Shown piece by piece: positions 52,701-64,000 of a DNA stretch of 64,000 bases (within the stretch, counting starts at the first letter, position 1; every line of letters starts with the position of its first letter). Under the pieces are notes generated by a model. It made no database searches. It was not told the origin of the DNA and was given only the letters and a program-made list of their open reading frames with translations. The translations under genes and the position numbers were made by a program. Origin of the DNA: Babesia bigemina. Its lineage: Eukaryota. The DNA lies in the NCBI RefSeq assembly GCF_000981445.1, contig NC_027217.1, positions 2,170,001 to 2,234,000 of the forward strand. The letters are read 5' to 3'.

Positions 52701-54082
52701 GAGATGGCACAGCGTTCCGGTGTATTGACGTATCGTCAATGATACCGTTGCCGGGGATATGCAAGCTGGAGCCCTGCGCAAAGTTCATCTGCCTCAAGAC
52801 GAAGGAGGTGGTCCACACCCTCAAAATACCATCACGCCATGTGGTGTCGGGCGTGACCACGGTGGCGTTTGATGGCCACAGGACCATGATCGCGATTGGC
52901 ACCTCGCGCGTGTCTGACCAGGACGAGGTGCCCAGGGAAGGGCACATCTACCTTGTGGACGTGGTGAGCAGCGGCCCCGACTCGTGGAACATAGTCTTCT
53001 TGCGCACGGTTACCGCGCTCTCTGCCGGCATCGTGGAAATGACGGCGTGCTCAAACGCGCTTGTAGTGGCGCTCAACGATGCCGTCACCGTCATGACGCT
53101 GCGCAGGGAAGACAGGCCGTCGGTCAGCCAGAGCCACGCCCAAACCGCCAAGACGCACAAGCTGGAGGCGGTGCATGCATCGGACGATGACTACGGCAGC
53201 TTTGAGCTCGTGGAGCGTGCGGAATACAAATCGTGCACATACGTGGTCTCGCTGGACGCATACAAGGATGTGATAGTGGTCGGCGACCTCATGAACTCAG
53301 CCCGGATGCTACGCTGGCGAGGAAACGAACTGCGGGAAGTATGCAAGGACTTCAACAGCGTCTACTGCACTGCAGTGGCGGCGATAGACAAGACGCACTG
53401 TGTGGTGTCCGACAGCTCGGGGAACTTCCACGTATTAGGGAAGCCCGGATCCGCGACCAATGACCTCGAGGCCATGAGGGTGGAAGACGCGGGGCTGTTT
53501 CATCACGGTGAGAACATCAACCGGATACGCGCCAACCCGCCGGCAGAGAACACCGTTCCGAAGGTGGAGTCGGCACATGGCCGCGACATGCCAACATTCT
53601 GCACCACAACGCAATGCGACCGTCGGTTCTGCTGCCTGCAGGGCGACGTGCCGGTATCGACCCCGCACGACGTCTCAGACGACCTCATACGCGGACTCTC
53701 TCGGCCCAACAAATTCTGGAATTACGGGTTCAAGTGCGTGCTGACATGCGCCACGTCCGCGGGGTCGCTTATTCGCCTGTGCCTCTTCGAGGACGACCGC
53801 CTTTTCTACCGTCTGGGCCTCGTGGAGGAGGCCATGAACAGGGTGCAGAAGAAGGTTGGGAATATATCCAACCTGCACTGGCGCTCATTCAAGAACCGGT
53901 GGTCGGTCTCCCCGCCGCGGGCGTTCATCGACGGCGACGTCGTGGAGAGCTTCGTGGACCTGGACCCGTCGTTGCGCCAGCAGGTGTTCGACTCCATCGC
54001 CGAGAAGGAGTCACAGGGCATGTTCTACTCGCACGAGCTGCTGGCGCTGGAAATCGAACACATACGGCGGCTGCGCAGGTGA
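49714..54082 (+). CDS. DDB1: DDB1-like beta-propeller protein (CPSF-A/MMS1 family), 2 exons
   Basis: 'TNLGPILDF', 'ACCGYGAEG', 'IVVGDLMNS', 'GLFHHGENINR', 'WRSFKN..FIDGDVVESFVDL'. Short intron near 50081-50117. Confidence 0.85.
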
Positions 54083-54260
54083 TGACTTTTTGCAGCGCGC
54101 CCGTCGCCGTCTGAAGCCGGCGGCGACAGGGCCTCACAGTACAGCACGCCACAAACAACGGTATAATACCTAGCTACAGTAGCGCACACTGATGCGTGCA
54201 ATGAGATTACGCGACACTACGGCCGTAGCGCATACATTAGGACGGAAGGTTTATAGCAGC

Positions 54261-54929
54261 TTAAAGCGCGCCGCAGTCAACAATCTTGACCTCTTTGCTG
54301 GTGGCGCCGCTGCCGGAGCCGTGCTTCTCCATCTTCTTGACGACGTCCATGCCGCTGGTGACCTCGCCGAACACGACGTGCTTGCCGTCGAGCCACGGGC
54401 ACTCAACGGTGGTGATGAAGAACTGGCTGCCGTTGGTGTTGGGGCCGCTGTTGGCCATGGACAGCAGGCCGGCCTTGTTGTGCCTGACGGAGAAGTCCTC
54501 GTCGTTGAAGCGCCTGCCGTAGATGCTCATGCCGCCGGTGCCGTTGTGGTTGGTGATGTCGCCACCCTGGCACATGAACTGGGGAATGATGCGGTGGAAG
54601 ATCGAGTCCTTGAAGTGGCACTTCACACCCTGCACGGTCTTGTCACCGACGCACAGGGAGCGGAAGTTCTCAGCGGTCCTGGGGACGATGTCGTCGAAGA
54701 GGGTGAACTCGATGCGGCCGGACGGCGCGCCACCAATGGCGATGTCGAAGAACACACGGGAGCGAGACATTGTGCTTGAAGATTCGGCGTGTAAAGGTTG
54801 TGTGTAGCCTTTAGCGAGGAAGGTAGCGGGCTCAAAGCGCCTAACTACGCGGAAGGCAGCAGCAGCGGTTGCGAGAGCAAGGAGTGCAGGTAGGCAGAAT
54901 GTCCAGCGGTTGTTAAAACCTAATGGCAT
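54261..54929 (-). CDS. Cyclophilin-type peptidyl-prolyl isomerase with N-terminal signal-like extension
   Basis: '[12 protein letters not shown]', '[14 protein letters not shown]', '[29 protein letters not shown]'. Second Met at 54770. Confidence 0.95.
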   Translation of the reverse strand: MPLGFNNRWTFCLPALLALATAAAAFRVVRRFEPATFLAKGYTQPLHAESSSTMSRSRVFFDIAIGGAPSGRIEFTLFDDIVPRTAENFRSLCVGDKTVQGVKCHFKDSIFHRIIPQFMCQGGDITNHNGTGGMSIYGRRFNDEDFSVRHNKAGLLSMANSGPNTNGSQFFITTVECPWLDGKHVVFGEVTSGMDVVKKMEKHGSGSGATSKEVKIVDCGAL

Positions 54930-55452
54930 CTGCTGTTTGCATGAAGTGTGGAAGGTACAGGCTTCTTTGACAAAAGATTGCCGGTGATGTGGCTAAGTGA
55001 GGCACGGGCACGACGGCGGCGTCCGGCGTTAATGGGGTACGCGGCGGAACTACAGAAGAATGCGAAGCAAAAGAGGTCCGGGCGTTTCCCCTGGTAGCCT
55101 CGTGTAAATCTCAGCGCGCGTTACGGCCGTCCGCCACAACCGTGGCGTGTGCGGATGCGCCCTGTGCCATGTGTCGGAATCCGCGTCATTCATTAGGTTA
55201 TTGCGGTACCCTTGTTGGTTGTGTCACAGTTGGCAGAAGCCATCGTGTTGTCAATGGTATTGTCCAATAATTATCAGCTGTTGTATCACCGGTGTGACAC
55301 ACAATCACCCATAAACACGCGTGTGTGCGCACCAAACTTGGTGTCTGTCGCGTTCCTTCGCGACCAAATAATCGGATAAAATACACCTGATATACAGACC
55401 TATATAACAGCTGGTTTGCTGGTATCATGTCTATTCGTTACCGTGGCTACCG

Positions 55453-56700
55453 ATGGTAGCTGAGTGTACGAGTACGATCGCAGGCAGCTCTGCCGTAGAC
55501 TCTGACGTCATCGCCTCCAGGCTAGCGGAGCGGTTGGATTCGCTGTCCCTAGATGGGCCTCTGGCCGATGCGCTGCAGAACGGAGACTTCGACGCGACCT
55601 CAGGCGCCGCACGCTGCGAGCTGGAAATTGAGGTCCGTCTAGGGTCCATCAAGAACACGTATGATGGGCAACGGTTCACGCTGCCGCTTGAGACCGATGC
55701 CTTGCTCAGCGAACGGGCATCGGTCAGGTTCCAGTCGAGCGTGTCAAGCGGACAGTTTCAGGCTGCGTCCGGGTTCCTGAAGCAAGTCGCCGAGATCAGC
55801 GATGACCGTCTGGACTGGCAGACGCAGATGGGAGTGCTGACATTCGACCGCTTCTTCAAGTTGCCGGAGTACGAGGAGAGCGTGAGAATCAGTGTACCTC
55901 AGAACCAGACAACGGCACGTGCCAAGACTTTCGAAGCCATACGCAAGGTGAAACTGCTCACGTGGAACGTCTCCACTGGCAGTGCTTCGAGGGAGTCGCA
56001 GATGGGCGACGATTCGGGCGAAACTGGCGATCAAGATCATCTGGATTACAGGGTTGCGGTCAACCTCGAGTACCGCGTGCCTGTGCGTGAGCTCCCCAGC
56101 ACCAGCTCCGCTACTACACGCCGGAAGAAGTCGCGAAATACGTTCATACACAGCGAAGGGCACGTCAGGTTTGACCTGACGCAAGTGCAAACGGTCAGCA
56201 ACGACTCTGGTGCTGGAGACGATGGTCCATGCCAGTACGAGGTTGAGGCTGAGCTCCTTGGCTCAGTCGTTCTAGATGTACTTAAGCGTGAGGCTACACC
56301 TCAATCAGAACGCCTACAGCTGCTCAAGTATCACTGCTCAACGCTCGTGAATGCCATCAAGCACCTCCGAGACGTCATTATGAGGGGTGACACGTATTCC
56401 GATCCCGGGACTGCAATGGTGGGAGGCATCATGTCTACAAAGCTAGGATTGTGTGATCTGCGTGTCGTGCAGCAGGGTAACGCAGAAGTGTCCAAGTATC
56501 GCAAGGAAGTATCACCGCAGTTGCCCCTTATTGGCGATTATCTGTTCCGTGCAGTAACGCCCGCCCTTGAAAGGGGACTTGTCAAAAGACAGAAAGCGTC
56601 GCCTTATCGCGAGCATCTAGCAGAAATTCCAGGGCCGTTTGTCATACTGGATGGCGGTCCAGAGGAAGGCAAAAGAGTAGTTCTTTCTAGGCGCACCTAG
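55453..56700 (+). CDS. mRNA-capping RNA 5'-triphosphatase, Cet1/Prt1-type (triphosphate tunnel metalloenzyme)
   Basis: Motif A 'ELEIEVRLG', 'DYRVAVNLE', 'RRKKSRNTF', 'RFDLTQV', motif C 'YEVEAEL'. Confidence 0.85.
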   Translation: MVAECTSTIAGSSAVDSDVIASRLAERLDSLSLDGPLADALQNGDFDATSGAARCELEIEVRLGSIKNTYDGQRFTLPLETDALLSERASVRFQSSVSSGQFQAASGFLKQVAEISDDRLDWQTQMGVLTFDRFFKLPEYEESVRISVPQNQTTARAKTFEAIRKVKLLTWNVSTGSASRESQMGDDSGETGDQDHLDYRVAVNLEYRVPVRELPSTSSATTRRKKSRNTFIHSEGHVRFDLTQVQTVSNDSGAGDDGPCQYEVEAELLGSVVLDVLKREATPQSERLQLLKYHCSTLVNAIKHLRDVIMRGDTYSDPGTAMVGGIMSTKLGLCDLRVVQQGNAEVSKYRKEVSPQLPLIGDYLFRAVTPALERGLVKRQKASPYREHLAEIPGPFVILDGGPEEGKRVVLSRRT

Positions 56701-56884
56701 TTTAGGTAAATGAAAGTACTAAAATCATAATCATGAATGATAATTATAAATCGTGTGTTGTGATATCATTCTCAGATTATTTCATGACAGCTGGCTACAT
56801 TTTCAATCGGTATATTTTGACGTTTGGCATCCGCCACTTCATTTTCATTGAACTTTTAACTGCGATGTGACGACAACCCGTCTT

Positions 56885-57781
56885 CTACAAGCCAGCGTAC
56901 GCCCTTGGACGTACGGCGGGGTAGCGGTCAACGTTCATTTCCTCGGGAATTCTGTCACCGACTAGATTACTCAGGGATCTTCCGGGGTGCCTAGGAGAAC
57001 TGGGAAATACAGCGCGTATTTTAGTCGTAATCGCGTGGTACTTCTCGGGAAGCATGAACCTAAAAATAAGGATTGCTAACACAGTGATAACCAAGGGAAT
57101 GGCTATGGTGCAGCACCGTCTAAAGTTATCTTGTCCGCATAGTTTGTCGCAGTAGGTGCAAAACTTGACGCAATACCCGTCGGGCTGCAGTTCGCCACGG
57201 ATCCAATTGCAGTTGTTGCCATTACATTCCTTGCCTGGGTGGGGGTTTCCGTCGCACGTGATTACATTTTTAGTTTCGCGTTTCAATACAGCGCCGTAAT
57301 AGTCGCCTTTGGCGTCGTAGTTGTCGTATTTGACGTGTCCTTTGCACTCTTTGAGGCCTTCGGCTCCGCATCTGCCGAGTACGTAGCCGTCGCATGGACC
57401 TCCATTACAATTCCTCGGATCACACCAGTTACAGCAGCTGCAAATTACGCCATTACATTTCGTTCCGCAGCTACAATAATGACATATACAAGTGCCGTCC
57501 GCTGAATTTTTGCATTTGGTCTCGCATCGCTTGCATTTGCCGCCATTTTTTCCTTTACACGGGCCTTTACTGTCTTTTTCATAACAATCATTCTCACAAC
57601 CACAGCGAGGAGTACAGCATTTACATGGTTTTCCATCCCCGCATTTCTTTTCGCAGCCCTTACATCCGGGGGGGCAGCCAAACCTGCACTTCGTACAATT
57701 GGGATCATCGCATGGCTGGTCTCCGTAGTTATGACATACAGTCGGCTGGCATTCACATTTGTTGTTCTTCACTTCTGCCAT
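56885..57781 (-). CDS. Cys/Lys/Gly-rich protein with a single C-terminal TM and cytoplasmic tail (CKRD-like, possible variant surface family)
   Basis: 42 Cys before the hydrophobic segment 'TIAIPLVITVLAILIFRFML'. No signal peptide at MAEVKNNKC. An upstream exon cannot be excluded. Confidence 0.8.
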   Translation of the reverse strand: MAEVKNNKCECQPTVCHNYGDQPCDDPNCTKCRFGCPPGCKGCEKKCGDGKPCKCCTPRCGCENDCYEKDSKGPCKGKNGGKCKRCETKCKNSADGTCICHYCSCGTKCNGVICSCCNWCDPRNCNGGPCDGYVLGRCGAEGLKECKGHVKYDNYDAKGDYYGAVLKRETKNVITCDGNPHPGKECNGNNCNWIRGELQPDGYCVKFCTYCDKLCGQDNFRRCCTIAIPLVITVLAILIFRFMLPEKYHAITTKIRAVFPSSPRHPGRSLSNLVGDRIPEEMNVDRYPAVRPRAYAGL

Positions 57782-60700
57782 TTTCTTTTTTCCTTCATAC
57801 AAATGGCCATGTACAAGTAAGAACAAAGTGAGGGAATCAGACGGCTGCCTGAAACGCTCCCTGTTACTAAACTATAGGCCACAAAAGCAACCAACAATGC
57901 GCAACAACGAACAACTAACCCAAAGGATTGTAGGAGATGGAGGGGTTTACACTTTATTTACCGCATATCCGATACATGGCGCTGTCTTCTCTCTTAGCGT
58001 TTGTCGTCGAACACAGCTGAGAAAATGCGTTAAAGAATCCTGTGCCGAAGATGCATGACACACCCGGTGAACATGGAATCGTCACACACCGCCACGAATC
58101 CAACACACATGAATTATTGACGTAACACAATAGTTCATGTCATCTTGTGTTACGATGATAATCCGAAATTGCAGCTTCGGTTGCTCGAAATCCCATTTTG
58201 GGCGCGGGGTGTAAAAGGTGTCATCTGCATGACATAAATAACGACGAATGTATTGCATACAATGCTGATATTGCAGCGCCATGAGATTAGTGACTAAGAT
58301 TGCTTACATAATGTTGCTGCATTGCGCAATGTGCATTCGATTTCCTGGGCAACGATATAATTTACTCCGCAGCACTCTACGTTCGCCAGCGGAGGCGAAG
58401 TTTTGTTTCCCAACCACTACACCTTCATGATCAGTTGCATTGTAGTCAGCGATTATGCTGTAGTATAGCTTTCAAAGCAGTTTACTTTCATTATTTGATT
58501 TATAAACATAATCGTTCCGCCTTATCAACTCCTTCCTTCTATTGCAATCACCAGAGGCAATGGCCGATAAAGATGTAAGCTCCTAGAAAACATTGAATAA
58601 GCATTCAGTGCCCGGGATGGGAAGTTATTGAAACAATGAAAAATCAAAACTGTGTCCTGGATTCCCCTCTTAGCGGTCACGCGACTGCTGTTGGTATATT
58701 GTTACCACGCCTTTGCTAACGTATCGTCATTTCCCATTCTAGAGCACCCAGGGATTGATACACTTCACAGTATGTAGCCGTTCCATCTGTCAATACCACG
58801 TTTTAAATGACGTTTAGCATGCAGTAGCGGCGGTAGGGCTTGAATTGTTGTTCTCCCCAGCATGTCGCATCGACGATGCACATTCCGCTGTTGTAACGAA
58901 AGTTCCTTCAGCTCACTCTGTAACCACTGGTGATTTAAACCTGGTCACATTGAAGTGGAAATCTGAGAGTTGGTTCTTGCGAGTGGGAGTGCTCATCCGA
59001 TTGGTGCGAAGCCGTACATTGGGATGACAACACACTTCGACGTATTCAGAGATAGGGAGGATGCTACCTGAACATTGTAAATAGTTTAATATGTTCGATA
59101 AACGATACTATCAAAATACAGTTTAACGTGAATCACAAAAAAAACACTAATCACCATCGACTTGGCATTTAACGTATTATGTCGGGCAACTGCAACGTGT
59201 GCTGGCATCATAATGATGATTGATTGCTGTGGTAGAATGATGGAATGTATTAATAGTGGGGTAGCTAACACGATGTGCAGTCACCTGTGGATATATGCGG
59301 CGCACGGACGGTAAGGACTGCGGCCTTACAAATCGTTGACATTAGCTTAGCTCCGCAGGGCACTGCTATGAACTGTTATGTTAATTACGTTAATGATGGA
59401 GTAGCAAGCATATGAAAGCGCTAAAAATATGATATGTTTTGAGTTAATCAACGCAACAAAGGCGCCAGATTAAGTCAGATAAGGTTACTATAATTTTTAA
59501 ACATGGATGTTACAATCGTAGACACAGCGAAAGACGTTACATATGACCCATGATGTCATCTATTATTTAATTCAATTAGTGTGTGTATTACGGATAAATT
59601 AATCGGCGATGGCCCTGCAGCGGATATTCTGGAATACAGATGAGGGGAGTTGGATAAGCTGCTATCTGCCAGACTGATACGGTATAGTGAGGCGATGAAC
59701 TAAGGGTTATATTAAGTTACTTTCCTCATTTTGGGAATATCGGAGGATTCTTGAAGTGTTCGCTATGTCATGTTGACGGGTTGGTAGACCATGTGCTGCT
59801 AATGAAGTTCATAAAAATTCTCACGACATTCTGAAACTAAATGCCTATGTTGTCTATATTGGTGTGAAATGTAGGTAGAATTGCTGATACATTGTACATA
59901 CGCCGCTCGCCAGAAGCAATTTTGTGACAACCTCTGATGACGCAATGATGGGTTTGTTGTTATTCACATGCCGCAATCGTTGCCAAATGTACGTGTCATA
60001 TCAATCTATATATCTATGTAGTTGTAATCAGTAAAAGTAATTCAAGGTAGGTCTCTCCGATGACACTCACACTTCAGGTACGTTGTTCGTTACTGCGCAA
60101 GAATGGGTGATGAACAGACGATATATTAAGGCGATTAGCACTACCATACTTGTTGCATCCATTTCGTCCTATCTTAAAGCGTTTATGAATGCCGCTATAA
60201 GCATGAATATACGGCCTTTCTACAATGCCAAGGATTTCATTGGTGTCCCAGCAATGTACGACCACGAACCCGCATTATATTGAGCTAGACTATTCTTAAT
60301 TGTAATATCGCATCAGCTTTGTAAAGTTGATGTAGTATCGTTCCTCATTTCATTATTCTGCTTCGGTCTTTTGTAATACCACATCTATGTATATGGTTGT
60401 CTGACGTGCTGTGTTTGGCTGCACATGGCCGATACCACTTATAACGGCCATGTCTGTCGTGTGCGTCGCGCCATATTGCAGTAGGCTGCCACCCATACTC
60501 CATTTTTGCTGTCAATGGTATACGATGTCATTCATCCCATGTGGTAATGGCAACCATTGGTATATTCTTATTCGCCTTACCTTATAGATAATATGTGTCT
60601 CATTAATACTGATAAATGCGGTTGTGGGTGTGTTTTATCGCCGATTCGTAACGATTAAATATGGTCGGCTTCGTTCAGTGGCCAGCATCGCCTTAAGGTA

Positions 60701-62130
60701 TCACATAATTACTATGGCTCTCCATTCTACAACGTGATCTTGTGTTTATATGGCTGTTTGTAAATAGTGCACGGCGTAACAAGTGTAATTGTCGGATTTA
60801 TTGCAGTTATTCTTTCTTTATTCTTATGTTTCATTTTTAGTTGCTCTGATGCTTAAGGTGTGACACAGCCATTATTATAGAATTTTACATATTAATAACA
60901 CGGCAATGAGTTTAACAACAAATACTCAGTGTGACGTGACACGTAGCTTTGAGATTCGACAAATTCTGCGATGTTGATGGGTGACCCATGAGGTACTTGG
61001 CCGTGTCGGACAATCGGGAGAGGCACACGTCTACAGCCTTAACTCATCGTCATGTACTCACGGTAGACTCTATAAGATGTTATGTAATGTTGCAGTAAGT
61101 CACATTGATAAATGCGAAGTGCGACTGTATAGGTGCCACCCAACTCAGTAACAGCCCAAAGATTGATGGGATAGTTAACAACAAAACTTTGAACTCCTCG
61201 TATTAAGATGTTAATCAGTAACACGATGATAATCGTGTTGGAAAAGGGGTGAGTTCTGGATGTCGGTGAAGGGCGTTCAGGAAATATCAGCTGAATCGGT
61301 CGACTGATCACATCATGGCTGGGATATTCGACCTTACATCACCTTAGGTAGTTTTGTTTATAAATAGTGATACTATGAATGAATTCACGTACATTTGGTT
61401 ACGTGCCAATTAATAGAGTTAGGTGGTCCATTGAAGTGCGAAGTGTCGTTGGTTAGGTGACCCAATGCTCTCAAATTGTGACAGATGAGTAGTTGCTAAC
61501 GCATTTCAGGATGTCGGATAGTGGCGATCGAAACTTGGCGCTGTTTCAACGGTAACTTATTTGATGCATTACTCCATGGTTATGTTTGCAACATCCAAAC
61601 CATAGTGCAGAGATAAATATGGGGTAGCTTTGTCAGTCTATATATGACCTGCTGGGCGTGCTATGTATGTGGTGTAAAACACGCCGTTGTCGTCTTTGGC
61701 GGTGTGGGTGATAGCGGATGCTTGGGTGCTTCCCTTGCTCTTACGGGAGACGGCTTGGCGGCATGACGGTGCAGCGTTTGGAAACGCATACTATCTCCCA
61801 ATCGAAAACTTAATGGTCCGTCTCGTTCACCTACATTGCTCCAACTTGCCATGATAGTCAGGTCCCGTCCTTGATTGGTTATTGGGTTTGCGACTTTCCC
61901 CCTCCTCAGGTAGGTGGGATGTCTGTAATCTATGTTTTCTTGAATCTAGTTTTGGGGTGAGGAGTTATGTGCCTCGCTTTAGTGCCATAAGGTACTGCGT
62001 TGTCACTCGCGTCAGCGCCTAATTTTGCAACTTTTCCCAATAAGCAAACATGGCCTCTTGGCCATGCTGTCTTATAGGCAGCGGCGCAGGCCCTGACTGC
62101 CTGGCAATGTGACTGTCCGAGGCTAGCGGC

Positions 62131-64000
62131 ATGGCGCCGAAGGCCTTGACAGACTGTCCCGAGAACCTTCGAGAGGCGATCGACTGGCTCGTCCAGGTGT
62201 CGGTACACGGTGTCTAGTAACGAGAGTGGGCAGGACCGCGAGTTGAACAACATGTTTACTGGCGGTGGGATTTATGAGTTGCTATTCACCCCAATTGAGG
62301 ACGTATTTGTCGATGTGATGGTCGAAGGTGAGCCGCTAAAAATGGGATTAACTTGGTCCACGTCATATCGCTGCTTTACAACACCCTGTGTCAATACTTC
62401 CAGGTCTCCCACATCCGTGTTCCCCCTGAGCCACGATACCCGTGAACGATCAGGGACATGCTGTCGTGGCTCTCCGGGTTGCAGTATACACGTGTTGCTG
62501 ACAAGCTGCCTGAGCACTGCAAGGGGTTGCTCAACCGTTGTTGCCACGACGGCGACATCCCCAACAAGGAGGACCCTGTCATGGCCAAGTGCATTGAGAG
62601 CCTGCCACTCACTATCGCCAGAACATGTTCACGCTCCACCACCCTGCTCACCGCCATCCATGGCAACGGCCACGGCTTCGACCTCGCCGCCTACCCATAT
62701 TCGGTGGATTTCTCCAACAACCGTGCCAGGCTCCACTACCCAGCTGACCCTGACGCACTGCTTGATATGCTACGTGATGTAGTATGTCGCTTGTGTAGAG
62801 TGCTCCACTTCCTGTACTCCCAGTGCTGCCGCAGCACCGCCCGGGTCAAGGGGTGGCGGGAGTGCGCGTACGGCCGGCAGGTGCAATCACACCACTGGCA
62901 GTGTAAACAATTCACTACTTACTCTAGTACCAGTACAACTGCTGCGACTACCACTACCAGTTCCTCCACCTCCACCCACGGCTGCCCGCCCACTTCGCCG
63001 CTCCAGTCGTTCCTCTCCGACCGCTGTCAAGGCCTTCTGCCGCATACCCTCACTGCATCTGACATGACCATTGAATGTACCAACTGTGCCGCCAACCAAC
63101 CCGGTCAGCAGTGCCTCACTCCGCTCGGCTTCTGGGACCTTGGCTTCGCTGCCTCCATAAGTGGCACTGGCTGGGATCTCGCCAAGCGCCTCGGAGATAT
63201 GTGCCGTGACGCCGACTCATGCCTGTTAGTGCTCTGTCGGACTCTGTCCTATCTATGCCCCGCCGCGCCCTCATCACTGGCCGACGTGTTTGCATTGTAT
63301 GCTCAGGTGCTACGGCAGTGGGACCATCATGACCGTGTTAGGCACCGTGGCGGCACTTACAGCGCCGCCGCCGATTTCATATCGCATCTCAACACCGACG
63401 GCATCGACAGCCTCTTCCCACTGTGGACACAGCTCCACGGCAGCTATGAAACTCACAGACTTACCACCGCCATTGCATCGCTCGCCGGGCATGACCACAA
63501 AAGTCACGATGCGCTGTCAAGCCTCTTCAACGACACCACTTGCAAGTCACCCCGTGGCTGCGCTCCCTACCTCCAACCCCTAGGACTCCACGCCTGTCAC
63601 AGCTACCCGCCGAAGCACGCCGGGCTATACGTCACGTGGACAATCTACCTGGCATGGCAGTTCTGGGAGTTGCTGGCATCGCTGCTACACGCGCTGGGCA
63701 ACATCGACTGCACGGCTTCTGGCTGCGCCACATGCCCCTGTAAACCTGGCACCCACGGCGGGAAGGACGCCTGCCACTGCCAATCACTTGTCAAGTGCGG
63801 CGGACCACTGCCCACTTTCTACCGCTACGGATTCACGTATCGCAACGCAAATCTCCTGGTCACCGACAACTATGCCATGCGCTGCGGAGACCTCAACACA
63901 CAACTCAGACAAGTGCTGCACTCAGACCACTTCACCGAATTGTTCCGGCGAATAGACCAACTCATATGGCACATCCGGATGCCTTTCTTCTATAGCCTGG
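62131..64000 (+). pseudogene. ves1: ves1/VESA1-like variant antigen gene, disrupted at the 5' end; long open frame 62458 to the window end
   Basis: MAPKALTDCPENLREAIDWLVQV then TAG at 62215. Later in the same frame: 'YFQVSHIRVPPEPRYP*TIRDMLSWLSGL', 'FLYSQC..GWRECAYG', 'SPLQSFLSD', 'CLTPLGF', 'CAPYLQPL', 'YRYGFTY', 'IDQLIWHIRMPF'. The 514-codon frame lacks a stop in the window, so the ORF track omits it. Confidence 0.85.

Noticed and set aside
57830..62100. Short ORFs, or a possible centromere or mobile element, in the AT-rich spacer
   Set aside because: No recognisable protein, terminal repeats or tandem array, and the AT content is only moderately raised.
62210..62782. 190-aa ORF and later short ORFs to 63995
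   Set aside because: Off-frame readings of the ves1-like sequence. The first ~40 codons could be a frameshifted ves remnant.
1..64000. tRNA, rRNA, CRISPR array, transposase or telomeric repeat tract
   Set aside because: None seen. A tRNA could be missed by eye.

Overview
Eukaryotic apicomplexan DNA, almost certainly a Babesia sensu stricto piroplasm. The evidence is short GT-AG introns, a CelTOS-like gene, and a ves1/VESA1-type 'LTDCPENLREAIDWL' N-terminus. A GC-rich, densely packed housekeeping core (~10.5-56.7 kb) encodes a HUWE1/Tom1-type HECT ligase, SOF1, CelTOS, RPB8, dynein LC8, eIF3a, an apparently bipartite RRP5, RBMX2/Ist3, CCT4, UTP21, DDB1, cyclophilin and a Cet1-type RNA triphosphatase. 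Two AT-richer accessory zones flank it. The left zone (1-8 kb) holds two copies of a ~2.3 kb head-to-head cassette encoding Cys-rich ~60-100 aa membrane microproteins under apparent purifying selection, interleaved with RPB7 and PrxQ. The right zone (56.9-64 kb) holds a stand-alone Cys/Lys-rich membrane protein oriented divergently from a disrupted ves1-like gene that runs off the window. A closed, multi-branched ~290-nt RNA-like structure of unknown family lies immediately upstream of RRP5. All calls come from reading the sequence and recalling family motifs. No searches were run, and exon boundaries were assigned by eye.
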